In this document: positions 12,098-24,801 of the stretch, in pieces
How the letters are laid out: every line of letters starts with the position of its first letter
How positions within the stretch are numbered: the first letter of the stretch is position 1
Notes under the pieces: model-generated
Databases searched by the model: none
What the model was told of the DNA's origin: nothing
What the model saw: only the letters and a program-made list of their open reading frames with translations
Position numbers and translations under genes: made by a program
NCBI RefSeq assembly: GCF_009914755.1
Contig: NC_060929.1
From: the human T2T-CHM13v2.0 reference genome, Homo sapiens
Reading direction: 5' to 3' (one strand)
DNA length: 64,000 bases

Positions 12098-14711
12098 TAC
12101 TAAAGGATGACTTTTAAATTTATATAAATAGCTTTTTCCTATATACTTTAGGGGAAGGCAAGATGGCAGATGATTTGCAGCAAGTGAACTTTTGTGAGGC
12201 TGCTTGCAAGCTTGTCTGATAATTGTATAACACTGTTTTCATGTTTTATTTTAAAATTCCAAAATTAATATAAGAAAAAGACTCTGTATAGTAAAATGCT
12301 AGAGCCTTCTGATGTTAATTTGCTTCAGGGAGTTAATAACTGGTCTTAGGGCTATTTTCTTAGACTTTGATCTGGTTGACAGAATACCCAGGGTAATGAT
12401 ACTAGTTGTCTGAAAAATGTAGGTAACTCACTCAGTTCTCTGTGCTTTCTGCTGCAAAGATAACCTTTGAAATAGAAAGCCAAATCTCTGTGATTTTAAG
12501 CTATGACTAGCTAGATTAATAAATTTCAAAATTTGCTTCAGCAAACCTGGAGAAGAGAGTGAGAAACATTAATAAAGTAGGAATCAGAGAGAGACCTTGA
12601 AGTGGCTTAGATTGGAAGCCATAGTCTTCCTTTGTGTATGATCAAGGGTGGAATGAGTTGAATGGAAGAATCCCAAACAGGGCACTTGGGTCAAATATAA
12701 GCTTGGAATGGAGAGAAAATCCTGTTAGGAGGAATACTTCCAAAATGCTCCCAAGAGCACAAAGTCTGTTTCCCCCCGCCACTTTGAAGATGAGATTAAT
12801 ATATCCAGCAACCTGTTCACCAGAACAGATTGACCATGCACTAGAAGATATTCTTTGCTAAGCATTAGGGTCATATGTAGACCACATAATTTGAAAGATT
12901 TGCCTGTGTGTTTGGAAACCATTAACCACTCACTGTATTTAATAGTAGTATCGTCAGTTATTGTCTTTATTGGCAAATTTAAACTAATGTCATACCCATC
13001 CTTTCTTAATCTTCTTTTTATTCCTGTATTAATGTCTATTTGATAATCTTACCCCTTTTTTCCACTCCTTCCCAAAAATAGTGAAAGTAATTTTTATTTT
13101 TCCTATAAAGGTGAAAATATGTGCCTGATATTATAATTGAAGCTCAGTAAATATTTGTGAATTAAAAAGTGAATGAATAATTGAAGTGTAATGCTGACAC
13201 TTACTTAGAAACATCAAGAAGCAGTTATTTTTGATGTACTGAAAACAATGATTGAAAGGTATTAATCTTTACTGAGTCCTCCATTTTCTTCTTCTGCTTT
13301 ATCTAGCCTTCTCCACCCATGTGCACAATATTCATGGGTGCCTGTGTGTGCCTGGACACACACACATGCACTCTGAAATACAAACAGTTTAGAGTACAGA
13401 AGGGCAATGATTCTCCCTTGCCATCAATGCTGCAGGTAATCTATTGCATTAATCAGCCAGCCAGTGGGAAATGCATGGGGAGTGATTATACTATCATACA
13501 CAATACAATCAGCATGAAGCACTTGTCAAGACCAATACATCAAAGTTTAATTCACTAATAGAATGAATTAGAGCAAAATGAAACATTCTGTTCTCTAGGA
13601 AACCCAACACCCATCATAGGTTCTTTCTGAACTCCACAGAAAAGTCAGTGCATTAAGAAATTGTTTTTTTGAATAAAATTACAGTTCCAATCTGATGAAA
13701 TATTACAAGCCAGTTTTCTTAGAATTCTTACACAAGTATAGTGCTTAAGTGTCTACCGGACCATCAGCACTCTATACTAATCATCATTGGTAAATATGAT
13801 TATATTTTAGTGGACTCTTGATTGTCTTTTGTCCTAAATTGGTTCTTCATGGCAAATGAATGGAGGGGCATTGTATCAGTGGCTCAGGGAAGCACTTATG
13901 CGTAAATATGGATGGTGGACAGTTGAATAGGAGACAAATTAACAAGAATCTGCTGTTTATAGTGCCCTCAATTGTAGGCTCTGCTACTGTGGAGCTTACA
14001 GTCTAGTCAGGAAACAGAATAAATAAATGGAAAATAAAAAGCAACCCTGGACAGCTTAAGACAACTATAGAAACAAGGTTAATATAACGTAGGACATGTT
14101 TCGGAAAATTTTGGCAATAGATGTAATATGTTTTATGTATTAGAATAAAATAAGTCACTATTACAAGTCACTATTATGTGTCAGTTGAGTCTTCTGGAAA
14201 TAGAGTTATATAGACTTTGGAGTCAGGACTATTGGATGAGCCATGAAACTGTTTATGAACGGTTTTTTATGTTTCTTATGCTTAACTGGCTTAGTTGAGC
14301 AGCCAGTGCAGAACACATGGAAAATGTTCTTGCAGCTTACCACAGTTCACATTCCTTCAGCTATTGACAGTCCTTTTTGCCTTTTTGTATCTCAAAATAA
14401 GAAAGCATCTATCATTGTGCCTTTTTTTCTTTTCTCTGATTTAAAACTTTTTAGTTTTTCCTTAACTCTCTCCTTCCCTCTCTTGAAAAGGAGGAGGGTT
14501 AGTGAGAGGTAGAGGAGGTGGCTCTGGTGACCTCCTACAGAACCTGGCTTCCAGTGAGGTTGGGCTGTTTTTGATGTATCTTTCATGTTGACTGACTGCA
14601 CCAACAAATCAAATGGAATGGGAAGACTACATATCAGATAAGGGCCACAGGTTTATAGGGAGGAAAATTATCCAGGATACCAGTTAATTGTTTTGGAATA
14701 TCTATGATTTA

Positions 14712-14837
14712 CCTTCCTTCCTTCCTTCCTTCCTTCCTTCCTTCCTTCCTTCCTTCCTTCCTTCCTTCCTTCCTTCCTTCTTTCCTTGCCTCCCTCCCTC
14801 CCTTCCTTCCTCCCTTCCTTCCTTCCTTCCTTCCCTC

Positions 14838-14870
<33 letters not shown>

Positions 14871-14872
14871 TT
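14712..14872 (+). repeat. (CCTT)n/(CT)n polypyrimidine microsatellite, probably expanded from the adjacent Alu tail
   Basis: About 160 nt, nearly all pyrimidine, contiguous with the poly-T end of an antisense Alu. Confidence 0.95.
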
Positions 14873-15150
14873 TTGAGACAGTCTCGCTCTGTCACCCAGG
14901 CTGGAGTGCAGTGGTGCTATCTGAACTCACTGTAAGCTCCACCTCCCTGGTTCATGCCACTCCTGCCTCAGCTTCCTTAGTAGCTGGGATTACAGGCGTC
15001 CACCACCATGCCCAGCTAATTTTTTGTATTTTTAGTAGAGATGGGGTTTCACCATGTTAGCTAGGATGGTCTCGATCTCCTGACCTCATGATCCACCCAC
15101 CTCGACCTCCCAAAGTGCTGGGATTACAGGCGTGAGCCACTGCGCCCGGC
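14873..15150 (-). mobile_element. Alu (AluY-like)
   Basis: AluY-type diagnostics gtaagctccacctcc, ttagctaggatggtctcgatctcctgacctc. Confidence 0.93.
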
Positions 15151-15407
15151 AGATTTATTTTCTTCCTTGACAACAAAAATTTGGTTATTTTACTTTAGAA
15201 TTTTGTCAGAACTTGGTTAAGTGATAACCAATTGTGTGCCATTTAGCTAACAGTTTTGCCATGCTTGACCGGAGCAATCTCAAAAATTATTTTTGCTGTA
15301 TTCCCGAGGTTTTATTTTAAAATTTTCCTAGAAATGTTTTAGTGAATTAAAAACTGGCATATCAAATTTAAAGGAGAATGTTTTCCCCAGTTAAAAGTTA
15401 TTTTCCA

Positions 15408-15698
15408 GGCCAGGTGTGGTGGCTCACGCCTGTAATCCCAGCCTTTGGGAGGCCGAGGCGGGTGGATTACCTGAGGTTGGGAGTTTGAGACCAGCCTGGC
15501 CAACACAGTGAAACCCTATATCTACTGAAAATGCAAAAGTTAGCTGGATGTGGTGGCGCACACTTGTAATCCCGGCTACTTGGGAGGCTAAGGTAGGAGA
15601 ACTCGAGAGGCAGAGGTTGCAATGAGCCAAGATCACGCCACTGCACTCTAGCCTGGGCAACAGAGTGAGACTCTGTCTCCAAAAAGAAAAAAAAAAAA
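15408..15698 (+). mobile_element. Alu (AluS-type) with 15-bp TSD
   Basis: ggccaggtgtggtggctcacgcc...A tail; TSD aaaagttattttcca at 15393-15407 and 15695-15709. Confidence 0.96.
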
Positions 15699-17073
15699 GT
15701 TATTTTCCAAACATGGGATGACTGACATATTAAGACAGCATTGTACTGAGAACAATACTATAATTAGGGTCACAATTTTAGTGTGATTTGACCCAAGAAA
15801 TTTTGTGACTATAGTTTTGCTAGCACAACTAATTATGCCAGTGATCTCCTATTTGTGACTGCAGTTAGGCATTTCATGGCCTCTAAATAAGTATAATTAG
15901 TTAATTGGATCATGCATGAAATTCTAGACTCTTATAATAGCCTCTGAGAACAAAAATAAATATGATAAATATTATGAATTGTTTAATAGCCGTGGAAGCC
16001 TGGGAAATACCAAAAGTGATTGTTTTACTTTGCCTGCCATTACTTCATAATGATAAACATAATAAAAAGTAGAAATTAAACTTTCCCTGTAATAACCTTT
16101 GTTTTTCTGAATTTGAGACAGAAGAAAGGGAGCCACTGGACTTTCTTATTCACCTTTAGAGAAGGTGATGCTGGTTGTACTGCTCCTCAGCCCCCACCGG
16201 CTTCTCCCCAGTCCCCACTGTTAATGGCCCTGTGCTTTCTCCAGTGATATTATACACATAGTTGTTTTCCTGGGATATATGGAGAAGACCAATATTTGTC
16301 AAAAATTCCAATGGTATCTTTTATAGAAAGTGCATAGCTTTTACTTAATCAATTCATTGTTCAAAAAACCCCACAAAAGGTACAGCTTTTATTTTAATTA
16401 CTGAGATGATTATGTTAACAAAAAAACCATGAAGGAGAAGGAACTTGAAAAACAAGTTTTATTGGTGTTGGGGGGTAGCAGTGAACAGCTGATGTATTCA
16501 GTCACAAATCCTGATGCTCTACCCAGAAACACACCCCAGCAGGCAAACAGCATACATGTGCATTATTCCAGAAATGCAGACACTGACTTAACTCTAACAG
16601 AGCCAATCTCAAGGTTTTCAGAGAAAACAGATTTCTTCTGACTTGAATAATCAATCTTGAATCATAAATTGAGCTTTTATTTATCTACTGTTTCAATCTA
16701 CAATGAAATTACTTATTTGCTTTGCCTGTCAGTCCTGAAAAATTGCAGTTTTCTTTTGTTAATTTAAGCTATTTGTAGATGGACCTGTGTAAGTTTTTGT
16801 TGGATATGCTTTCATATATATGGGAGAGACATGTTCTAAGTACATAAGAACATGTGGTTAAAGTACAGAATTTATTAGCTGTGCATTTAAGGATACTTCA
16901 TAATTTCAGATGATAATATACTATTTACATTATATGCTGAAATATGAGGAATGGAATGATGATTCTGTCAAGACTAATATCATTTATTTTGGAATTCATA
17001 TATACATAACTATACATACAAATTCCAACTTACAGAAGAACCTTCTGACCACGTAGCTAGATCGAAGGTTAAA

Positions 17074-17295
17074 CACCATAGTGTTTAAGAATATTGGTTT
17101 TAGGGGAACATGAATCTTAGACCAGATCCTGGCTCCCTTAATAGCAGCACAATTTTCTACTTCTCTCTGCACATCAGTTTCCTTATCTATAAAGCGGGCT
17201 TCTTTTTCATGTGAGGGTGAAATGTGAAAATACGTGTAAAGCATTCAGTACAGGGTTAGTGTGAAATAAACATTCAATAAATGGCAGCAATTATT
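17074..17295 (+). mobile_element. MIR SINE
   Basis: catagtgtttaagaat...catcagtttccttatctataaa...gtgtaaagcatt...cattcaataaatggcagc. Confidence 0.8.
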
Positions 17296-17688
17296 GTCAG
17301 GTGGATAAGTGTAGATGCCACTCACTTTTAGAAGTATGTTAGCGGAATTAAGTGGAGCAATCTTTGCACCCTAAAGACATTTAAAATTTTAAATGTAGAA
17401 TCTAATTAGGAATCCAAAATGTGTTACCCGATATTGTTAGGATTTTCTTTGAAGTGATAAAATTAGCATACAAACCAGCATTAAATATTGCAAGGTATAT
17501 TGAGATACCTTTTATACTATTAAATTTTCATAATGACTTCTTTGTATTGCTTGACTTACAGCTCTTCTCATATGATGAATGGTTTGTTTGAGTTTGATTA
17601 TTTTAACTAATGACATTCTTATACTCATTTGCAAATAATTTAGTTTTCTATTTTGTAATCTAGCAGATTTATAATCTTTTTTGGTAAC

Positions 17689-18098
17689 TGTGATAGGTTA
17701 AAGATGGCCACAGATTCTTTACTACTGTCTCATGAAAATATGAAGTCTTTGTTCCCTCCTCTAGAATCTGGGTGATTTTTATACATGTTTGATCAACAGA
17801 ATATATCAAAGGATATCTTGGGCCACTTCCTGGGCCCAAACCTTACGTGACTGGCAACATCCACTTCTCATCTCTTCAAAGATCTTGGAGCCCTGAGTTT
17901 CTATATATAAGAAGTCTGGCTATCCTGAGTCGGCCTTGCTATCAGAAAGTCCATGCTATCCACATGGAGAGGCCATATTGACACAGGATGAAAGGGGAGA
18001 GGAGAGAGAGAATTTCTAACTTACAGAATTGTGAGATACAACGGTGTATTGTTATATTAAGTCACTAAGTTTTAGAGTAGTTTTTATTAACAAGAACA
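17689..18098 (+). mobile_element. ERVL-MaLR solo LTR (MLT1G/H-like)
   Basis: tgtgataggttaaagatggccac...catggagaggcca...acagaattgtgaga...taagtcactaagttttagagtagttt. Confidence 0.75.
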
Positions 18099-20544
18099 GT
18101 GGTTATAAGTCTAACAACACTTCATGCCTTCTTCTAATGGTTATTCTCCAAATGCTAGTAACCCCAGAAATGTAAAATATGATGATGTGTAAGACTGAAG
18201 TTCTGTTATTTCACTTAATCATATCCCTTGAATTGGACTAAGTTGGATGTTTGTCAATATTATAGGAAAGAGTATAACACAGTCTTAGAGTATTATACAT
18301 TTTCATTTTTCATAATATTTCATTTGCAGTAATTCATCATCATCTTCAAACTCTTATGTAAGATTTCACATGGTTTGGCTTCTGAGTTTTTTTCCCCAAA
18401 ATAAGTTCTGATAACTTTTAATTTTAAGTTTCTATAGAAGACTATGGAACCTGGGCATTAAAACTAAAATGGCAGAGTGGATGGTAGACTAGAAGTGTTT
18501 TGGCAAAGATACTGTGGGAGGTGATCCAGAGAGAGGGAAGCCGAAGGAAGAGTACGCACATAGAGAAAATGTTCAGTAACCCTGTTGGGTTGGGGATGTG
18601 TTTCAGAAATGCCTCCTGGTGGGAGTAGGTAAGGATGCAGTTGATAATCCAGAAGCTAGGTGATGCACACACCAGTGATTTGAAAATTGCCAAAGCATCT
18701 CAGACCTTTAAATCACTCTCTTTGCCTATAGGCCCAGACTGGAGTCCTGGGAGCTAGAGAGAATAATGTCTACAGGAAAACAAAACACATTTAAAAGTCG
18801 CTTATTGAAACCAAGGGAAAAGGAGAAATTGAAATGTGTTTCAATGCCAAGTGGAAATTAATTGTTCCAAGAACTCATCATTACAAGTTGCAGAAGTATT
18901 TCAAGTTACTGATTTTTGTTTAATATGTTGTCTTGTTTTATTTTATTAAATGTAAAATACTTATAAGGGTATTCAGAGTGATTTTGAGTGATTCTTTAGT
19001 CTGAGCACTCCAATTCTGTTTTAACTGTTGATTCTCAATTTCTTCAACATCCAAGTCTTTCATCACAATGGTTTGCAGGAGTGCACCTTTTGAAGCTGTG
19101 TGAATTCAACATTTAGCAAGAACACTCAAGTCTAAACAACCCGATGAGGTTAGAAATTATCGTTCCTATTAGTTAAATGAGGGAACTGCCACCACCGAGA
19201 GCCTCAGTGTGCTTGCCTAAGGTCTTATGGCTGGTAATCCATATCTTAACCTTTCCAGATCAGACCTTGTTCATCAAAAACTTCTTCTGCTTGGAAACAT
19301 AAAACAATAAGTGTGTGAGGTGGGGCAAAATGGTGGTGATAATTTGTACATCTGAATGTTTGGTGGAAAAGATTGGCTTTCAAGGAGAAGAGTTCATTCT
19401 TGCCACCCACATTTGCCGAGTATGGGTTCTTGTCCACTGGCACTCTGCTTTTGGGGGGATGCAGAAGTAACCAAATGGCTTGCCATGACTATTAGTGTTC
19501 TGCCTCAGCAACATTCTTCCCACATTCTCTGACTGGCTAGGTGTAAGATGGGAATAGGTTTAAGACCACTAAGTGGATTGGAACCATTTACTTTGTGTGA
19601 CGAATGCTTTTTTTTTTTTCTTCCCTGGGGGATTGCCTCCCTAGTTTTGGTTTACTTTGCCTTATATGTTACAGTGCCATCTTTTTGCTAAAATCACTGA
19701 GTATGGAATAGGCAGTATTAGAAAGGAGAGTAGAAACATGCTGGATGTTAGAGAAAAGCTAGAGCTGGTATGTGCCAGATGATGCACACACCAGCAATTT
19801 GATAATAGCCTTTATGTGCTTTGATGCCTTGAAGCCAGGAAAGTAATTTAAAAGTATTGAACTTGCTTTTATTGTAATTCATAGCAAATAATTAAGTGTT
19901 CTTTGTGAAAGAACCAGTAGTACCTGACTAGGTGCCAGGTCCTCTGTTAGGTGCAGAAAATGATGACTTTTCTCACTGAGCCTTCTGTCCTGGTTTGGGC
20001 CGAGTCCTTAAAGGGTTACTATTTCAGAGGGACAGCAGAATGAAGTGTTTAATCATCAAATAGCTTTATTTTTAAAGCTACAAATGTTTCAGGCGTATTG
20101 AAGGGAAAGGAGATAAATGCCCAAAGTGGGACTCTGAATTAATAAAATTTGGAGAATGACTTGCTCAATTTGGTTAACTTGGTTATTAAGGCTAATTACA
20201 GCTTTGTAGTGATGACTGTTAAGATAAAAGACCATATCTATTATAGCTTTGAACTTGAATCTAACATTAAGAACATCTTTTAGGATGAAACCTCTCTTTA
20301 GGGAGGTGAGCAATAAAAGAATGTTGCAAGCAAATTAATAAAGGCTTGGTTTTTAAAAAATTTCTCATTCTGCAAAATGGAAATTTTCTAATTAGAGAAA
20401 TGTAAGCATGCATTTCTGTAAGCATCTGAGTTTTATGGAGTTCTTTTTTCTTCAAAATCATAGAACTCATTGTTTAAAGTTGCCAAGAATATTTAGCATC
20501 TTGTTTTTAAGGACCTCAACCTCTCTGAGTTTTAGTTTTCTTAT

Positions 20545-20902
20545 CGCTATGGTCTGAATGTTTGTGTCCTCCCCAAATTTTTTATGTTGAAATTCTAACC
20601 CCAAGGTGATGGCATTAGGAGTTGGGGCCCTTGGGAGGTGATCAGATGATAAGGGTGAAGCCCTCGTGAATGTGATTAGTGCTATTGTAAAAGAGGCCTC
20701 AGGGAGCTTGCTTACGCCTTTCCCCATGTGAGGACACAATTAGAAGGTGCCATCTATGAGGGGCATGCCCTCACCAGATGCCAAATTTGCACCTTGATGT
20801 TGGACTTCCTACCCTCCAGAACTGTAAGCAGTAAATGTTTGTTGTTTATGAGCTACCAAATTTATGGTATTTTTGTTATAGCAGCCTAAATAGACTAAGA
20901 CA
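20545..20902 (+). mobile_element. MLT1A0 solo LTR inserted into a MIR
   Basis: gctatggtctgaatgtttgtgtcc...gttatagcagcctaaatagactaagaca; 5-bp TSD cttat/cttac; MIR core continues on both sides (about 20510-20544 and 20903-21030). Confidence 0.9.
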
Positions 20903-21934
20903 CTTACCTTTAAAATAGAATAGTAATTCTGACTGTGAAGGGTTATTGTAACAAGTTAATGATAAATGATTGTAAAGCCCTAAATATGATGCCTCTAGCC
21001 TATAGTGGGCACGCAATAAATGGTGACTATTAATGGGAATATGATTATTTAATTTTTAAGGTTGTACAAGTCTTACTATACTATAAAATACATACATACT
21101 GTAAGTACTATAAAAATACATACACTAAAATTTTTTAGTGTACAGTTTTGAGTTTGGACAAATGTATATCGTCATGTAACCACCACCACAATCAAGATAG
21201 AGAACAGTCTACCACCTCCCAAAAATTCCCTCATGCTGTCCCAGTCCCTAGCAACCACTGATCTGTTCTCAGTCCCTTTAGTTTCGCCATTCCAGAATAT
21301 CATATCAGTTGAATAATAAGCTTGTGTGTGTATACCCTTTTGATTCTGGCTTCCTTTATTTAGTATTGTATATTTGAGATATTATGTGTACATCAGTGGG
21401 TTTTTGTTGTTGTTATTGCTGAGTGGTATCCTCTGTATGAATGTACCATAGTTTGTTTATCCATTCACCAGTTGAAGGACATCTAGATTGGTTCCTGTCT
21501 TTCACATTTACAAATTAAGCAGCTATAAACATTCTTGTACAAGTTTTTGTGTGAACATAAATTTGTATTTCTCTTGGGCAAATCCCTAAGAGTGGGATTG
21601 CTGGGTCATATGGTCAAAATACATTTAACTTCATGTGAAACCGCCAAACTGTTTGCCAGAGTCTGTGCCATTGTAAACACTCTTCAAACAGCAATTTATG
21701 AGCATTCCAGTTGCTCCACATCCTTGCCTGCAGTTGCTGTCAGGTTAAAAATTTTTTTTATAATTGTAGCTATTATAATACGTATATAATGGTATCTCAT
21801 TGTGATCTTAATTTGTATTTTCTAATGATTAACAATATTGAGTATGTTTTTTGTCTGCAATTTGGCATCTGTGTATTTTCTTTGGTAAAATGTCTTTCTG
21901 AATTTTTGCCCTTTTCTGAAAAAATGGACTGTGT

Positions 21935-22410
21935 GTTTTAAAGCAGTTTTAGATTCACAGAAAAATTGAGCAGAGATTTCCCATATACCCCTTCCCCCGA
22001 GCTTATGCATATTCTGTCTCATTATCAATATCCCCCACCAGAGTCATACAACTGATGAACCTACACTGACATTTTATTACCACCCAAAGTCCATAGTTTA
22101 CATTAGAGGTTCGCTCTTGGTGGTACGCATTTGATGGGTTTGGACAAATGTATAATGATACATGTATCCACCATTAAAGTATCAAACAGAGTAGTTTCAC
22201 TATGCTAAAAATTCTCTATGCTGTTCCTATTCATCTCTTCCTGCACCCAAACTCCTGGCTACCACTGTTCTTTTTACCATCTCCATAGTTTTCTCTTTTC
22301 CAGAATGTCATATAGTTGGAATATTATAGTATGTAGCCTTTTCAGATTGGATCACTTAGTTAATATGCATTTAAGTTTCCTCTATGTGTTTTCTTGGCTT
22401 GATAGTCTTT
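21935..22410 (-). mobile_element. Second L1 3' end (L1MC/MD-type) nested in the older L1
   Basis: aagcagttttagattcacagaaaaattgagcaga...actgatgaacctacactgaca...cacccaaagtccatagtttacattag. Confidence 0.75.
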
Positions 22411-24304
22411 TCTTTGCCCAGTTTTATTGAGTTAAACTCCTTAATGAGTTTTGAGAGGATTTACATATTCTAGATCCAAGTCCTTTATCACATGTACAAG
22501 TTGCAGGTATTTTCTCCTAGTCTGTAACTTGTTTTCTCATTCTCTTAACAGTGTCTTTTGTAGAATAAAACTTTTAAATTTTGATGAAGTCTACTTTATC
22601 AATTTCATCTTTTATGGGTCATGCTTTTGATTTTGTATGTAACATTATCTTTGCCTAAATCAAGGTTACAATGATTTTCTCCTAAACTTTTTTCTAGCAG
22701 TTTTATGGTTTTAATTTTTTTATTTAGGTTCATGATCCACTTTGAGTTTTTTTATAAAGTATATAATATGGATTTTGGTTCATTTTTTTACATGAATATC
22801 TAATTGTTCCCAACACCAGTTGTTGAAAAAACTTACCTTTTCTCCACTCAATTGACTTTGAACCTTGAATTGACTATATTTGTATAGGTGTATTTCTGAA
22901 CTCTATTCTGTTCCTTTGATCTATGTGCCTATCCCTTCATCACTAGTGCAGTTTTGATTACTGTTGCTTTATAGGAAGTCTTAAATCTTTTGTCTTTGTC
23001 CTTCTTACAACTTTGCCCTTTTTAAAAATTGTTTTGGCTATTCATTCTATTGCATTTCTTGTCACTATACACACAAACACTGGCTAGGATTTTCAGTGAG
23101 GTTATGTAGAATATATAGATCAATTTGGGGAAAATTGACATGTTAACAGTATTGAGTTTTCCAATCCATGAACATGGTAACCTCCCACTTTTCAATATTG
23201 TCTTTGATTTCTTCCATCAGCATTTTGTAGTTTTTAACATAGAGACTGCACATGTTTTCTTAGAATTATAAGCCAAGATTTTTTGGTGCTAAGATAAATA
23301 GTACTTTGTGGGTAAGTTTTGATTTCCAGTTGTTCATATTTAGCATATATATCTACAGTTTTTTGTTTGATTTAAGTGTTTTTTTTTTTTCATTTGAACT
23401 TATCTAATATGACCTTCTTATACTTACTGGTTCTAGGAGCAATTTTGTCCTTTCCACTTGATGTCTTTAATCCCCTTCCCTTGCTTTATTGGCCTGTCTA
23501 GAATTTCCAGTGTGATGCTGAATAGAAGTGGTAAGAGCAGACATCTTTGCGTTGTTTCTATCTTAGGGGAAGAATATTCAGTCTTTTGCTATTATTGTGT
23601 TAACTATAGGATTTTTTGCAGATGCCCTTTATCAGGTTAAGGAAGTTCGCTCCTATTCCTAGTTTACTGAGAGCTTGCTTTATCATGAAGGAATGTCAAA
23701 TTTTGCCAAATGATTTTTCTGTATCTGTTGAGATTATTATATGGTTTTTCTTCATTAGTCTAAATATGGTGAATTATACTAATTTATTTTTGAATGTTAA
23801 ACTAGCTTTGCATTCCTGTGATAAACCCTATGTTGTTGTGTATTTTCCTTTTCTGATATTGCTTAATTAGATTTGCTAATATTTTTGTGGAGGCATTTTA
23901 CTTCTATGCTCATGAGGGATATTGATCTGCAGTTGAGCCTACTTGTAATGTTTTCATCTGGTTTTAGTATCAGGGTAATAATGCTGGCCTCATACAGTGG
24001 GAACCCTTCCCTCCTCTTCCATTTTCTGGAAGACATTGTGTAGAATTGATACTATTTCTTAAATGTTTGGTAGACTTCTCCAGGGAAACATCTGGATCTG
24101 TATTGTTAGAGATTTTTAACTGCAAATTTAATTTCTTTAATTAATTTACAACCATTTAGATTATCATATCCTCTTGAGTGAGCTCTGGTAGTTTGTGACT
24201 TTCAAGGAATTTTTTCATTTTATCTAAGTTGTAGAATTTATGAGCATGAAGTTGTCCAGAGTATTCCCTTAGGATCCTTTTAGTATCTCTGAGATCTATA
24301 ATGA

Positions 24305-24533
<229 letters not shown>

Positions 24534-24801
24534 TTCTTGCTGCATCATTCCATGACACAGGACAGAAGGGCAAGACAGTCATGCATGCAAGAGCGTAGGT
24601 TAGAGGCCCCAAATCATCCTTTTATCAGAAACCTACTCCTGCGATAACTGACCCACTCCCACCATAACAGCATTAATCCATTCATGAGAGCACAGCTTTC
24701 ATGACCTAATCACTTCTTAAGGACCTCACCTCTCAACACTGTTGCATTGGGGATCATGTGTCTAACACATGAACTTTGGGGGACACATTCAGACCATAGC
24801 A
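24534..24801 (-). mobile_element. MaLR LTR fragment (MSTD/MSTC-like)
   Basis: gcattaatccattcatgagag...atgacctaatcac...catgaactttgggggacacattcagaccatagca. Confidence 0.85.

Noticed and set aside
14668-15682. PSFL/GRKE-repeat and Alu-derived ORFs (likewise 37600-38310 and 49998-50346)
   Set aside because: Translations of microsatellite and Alu sequence
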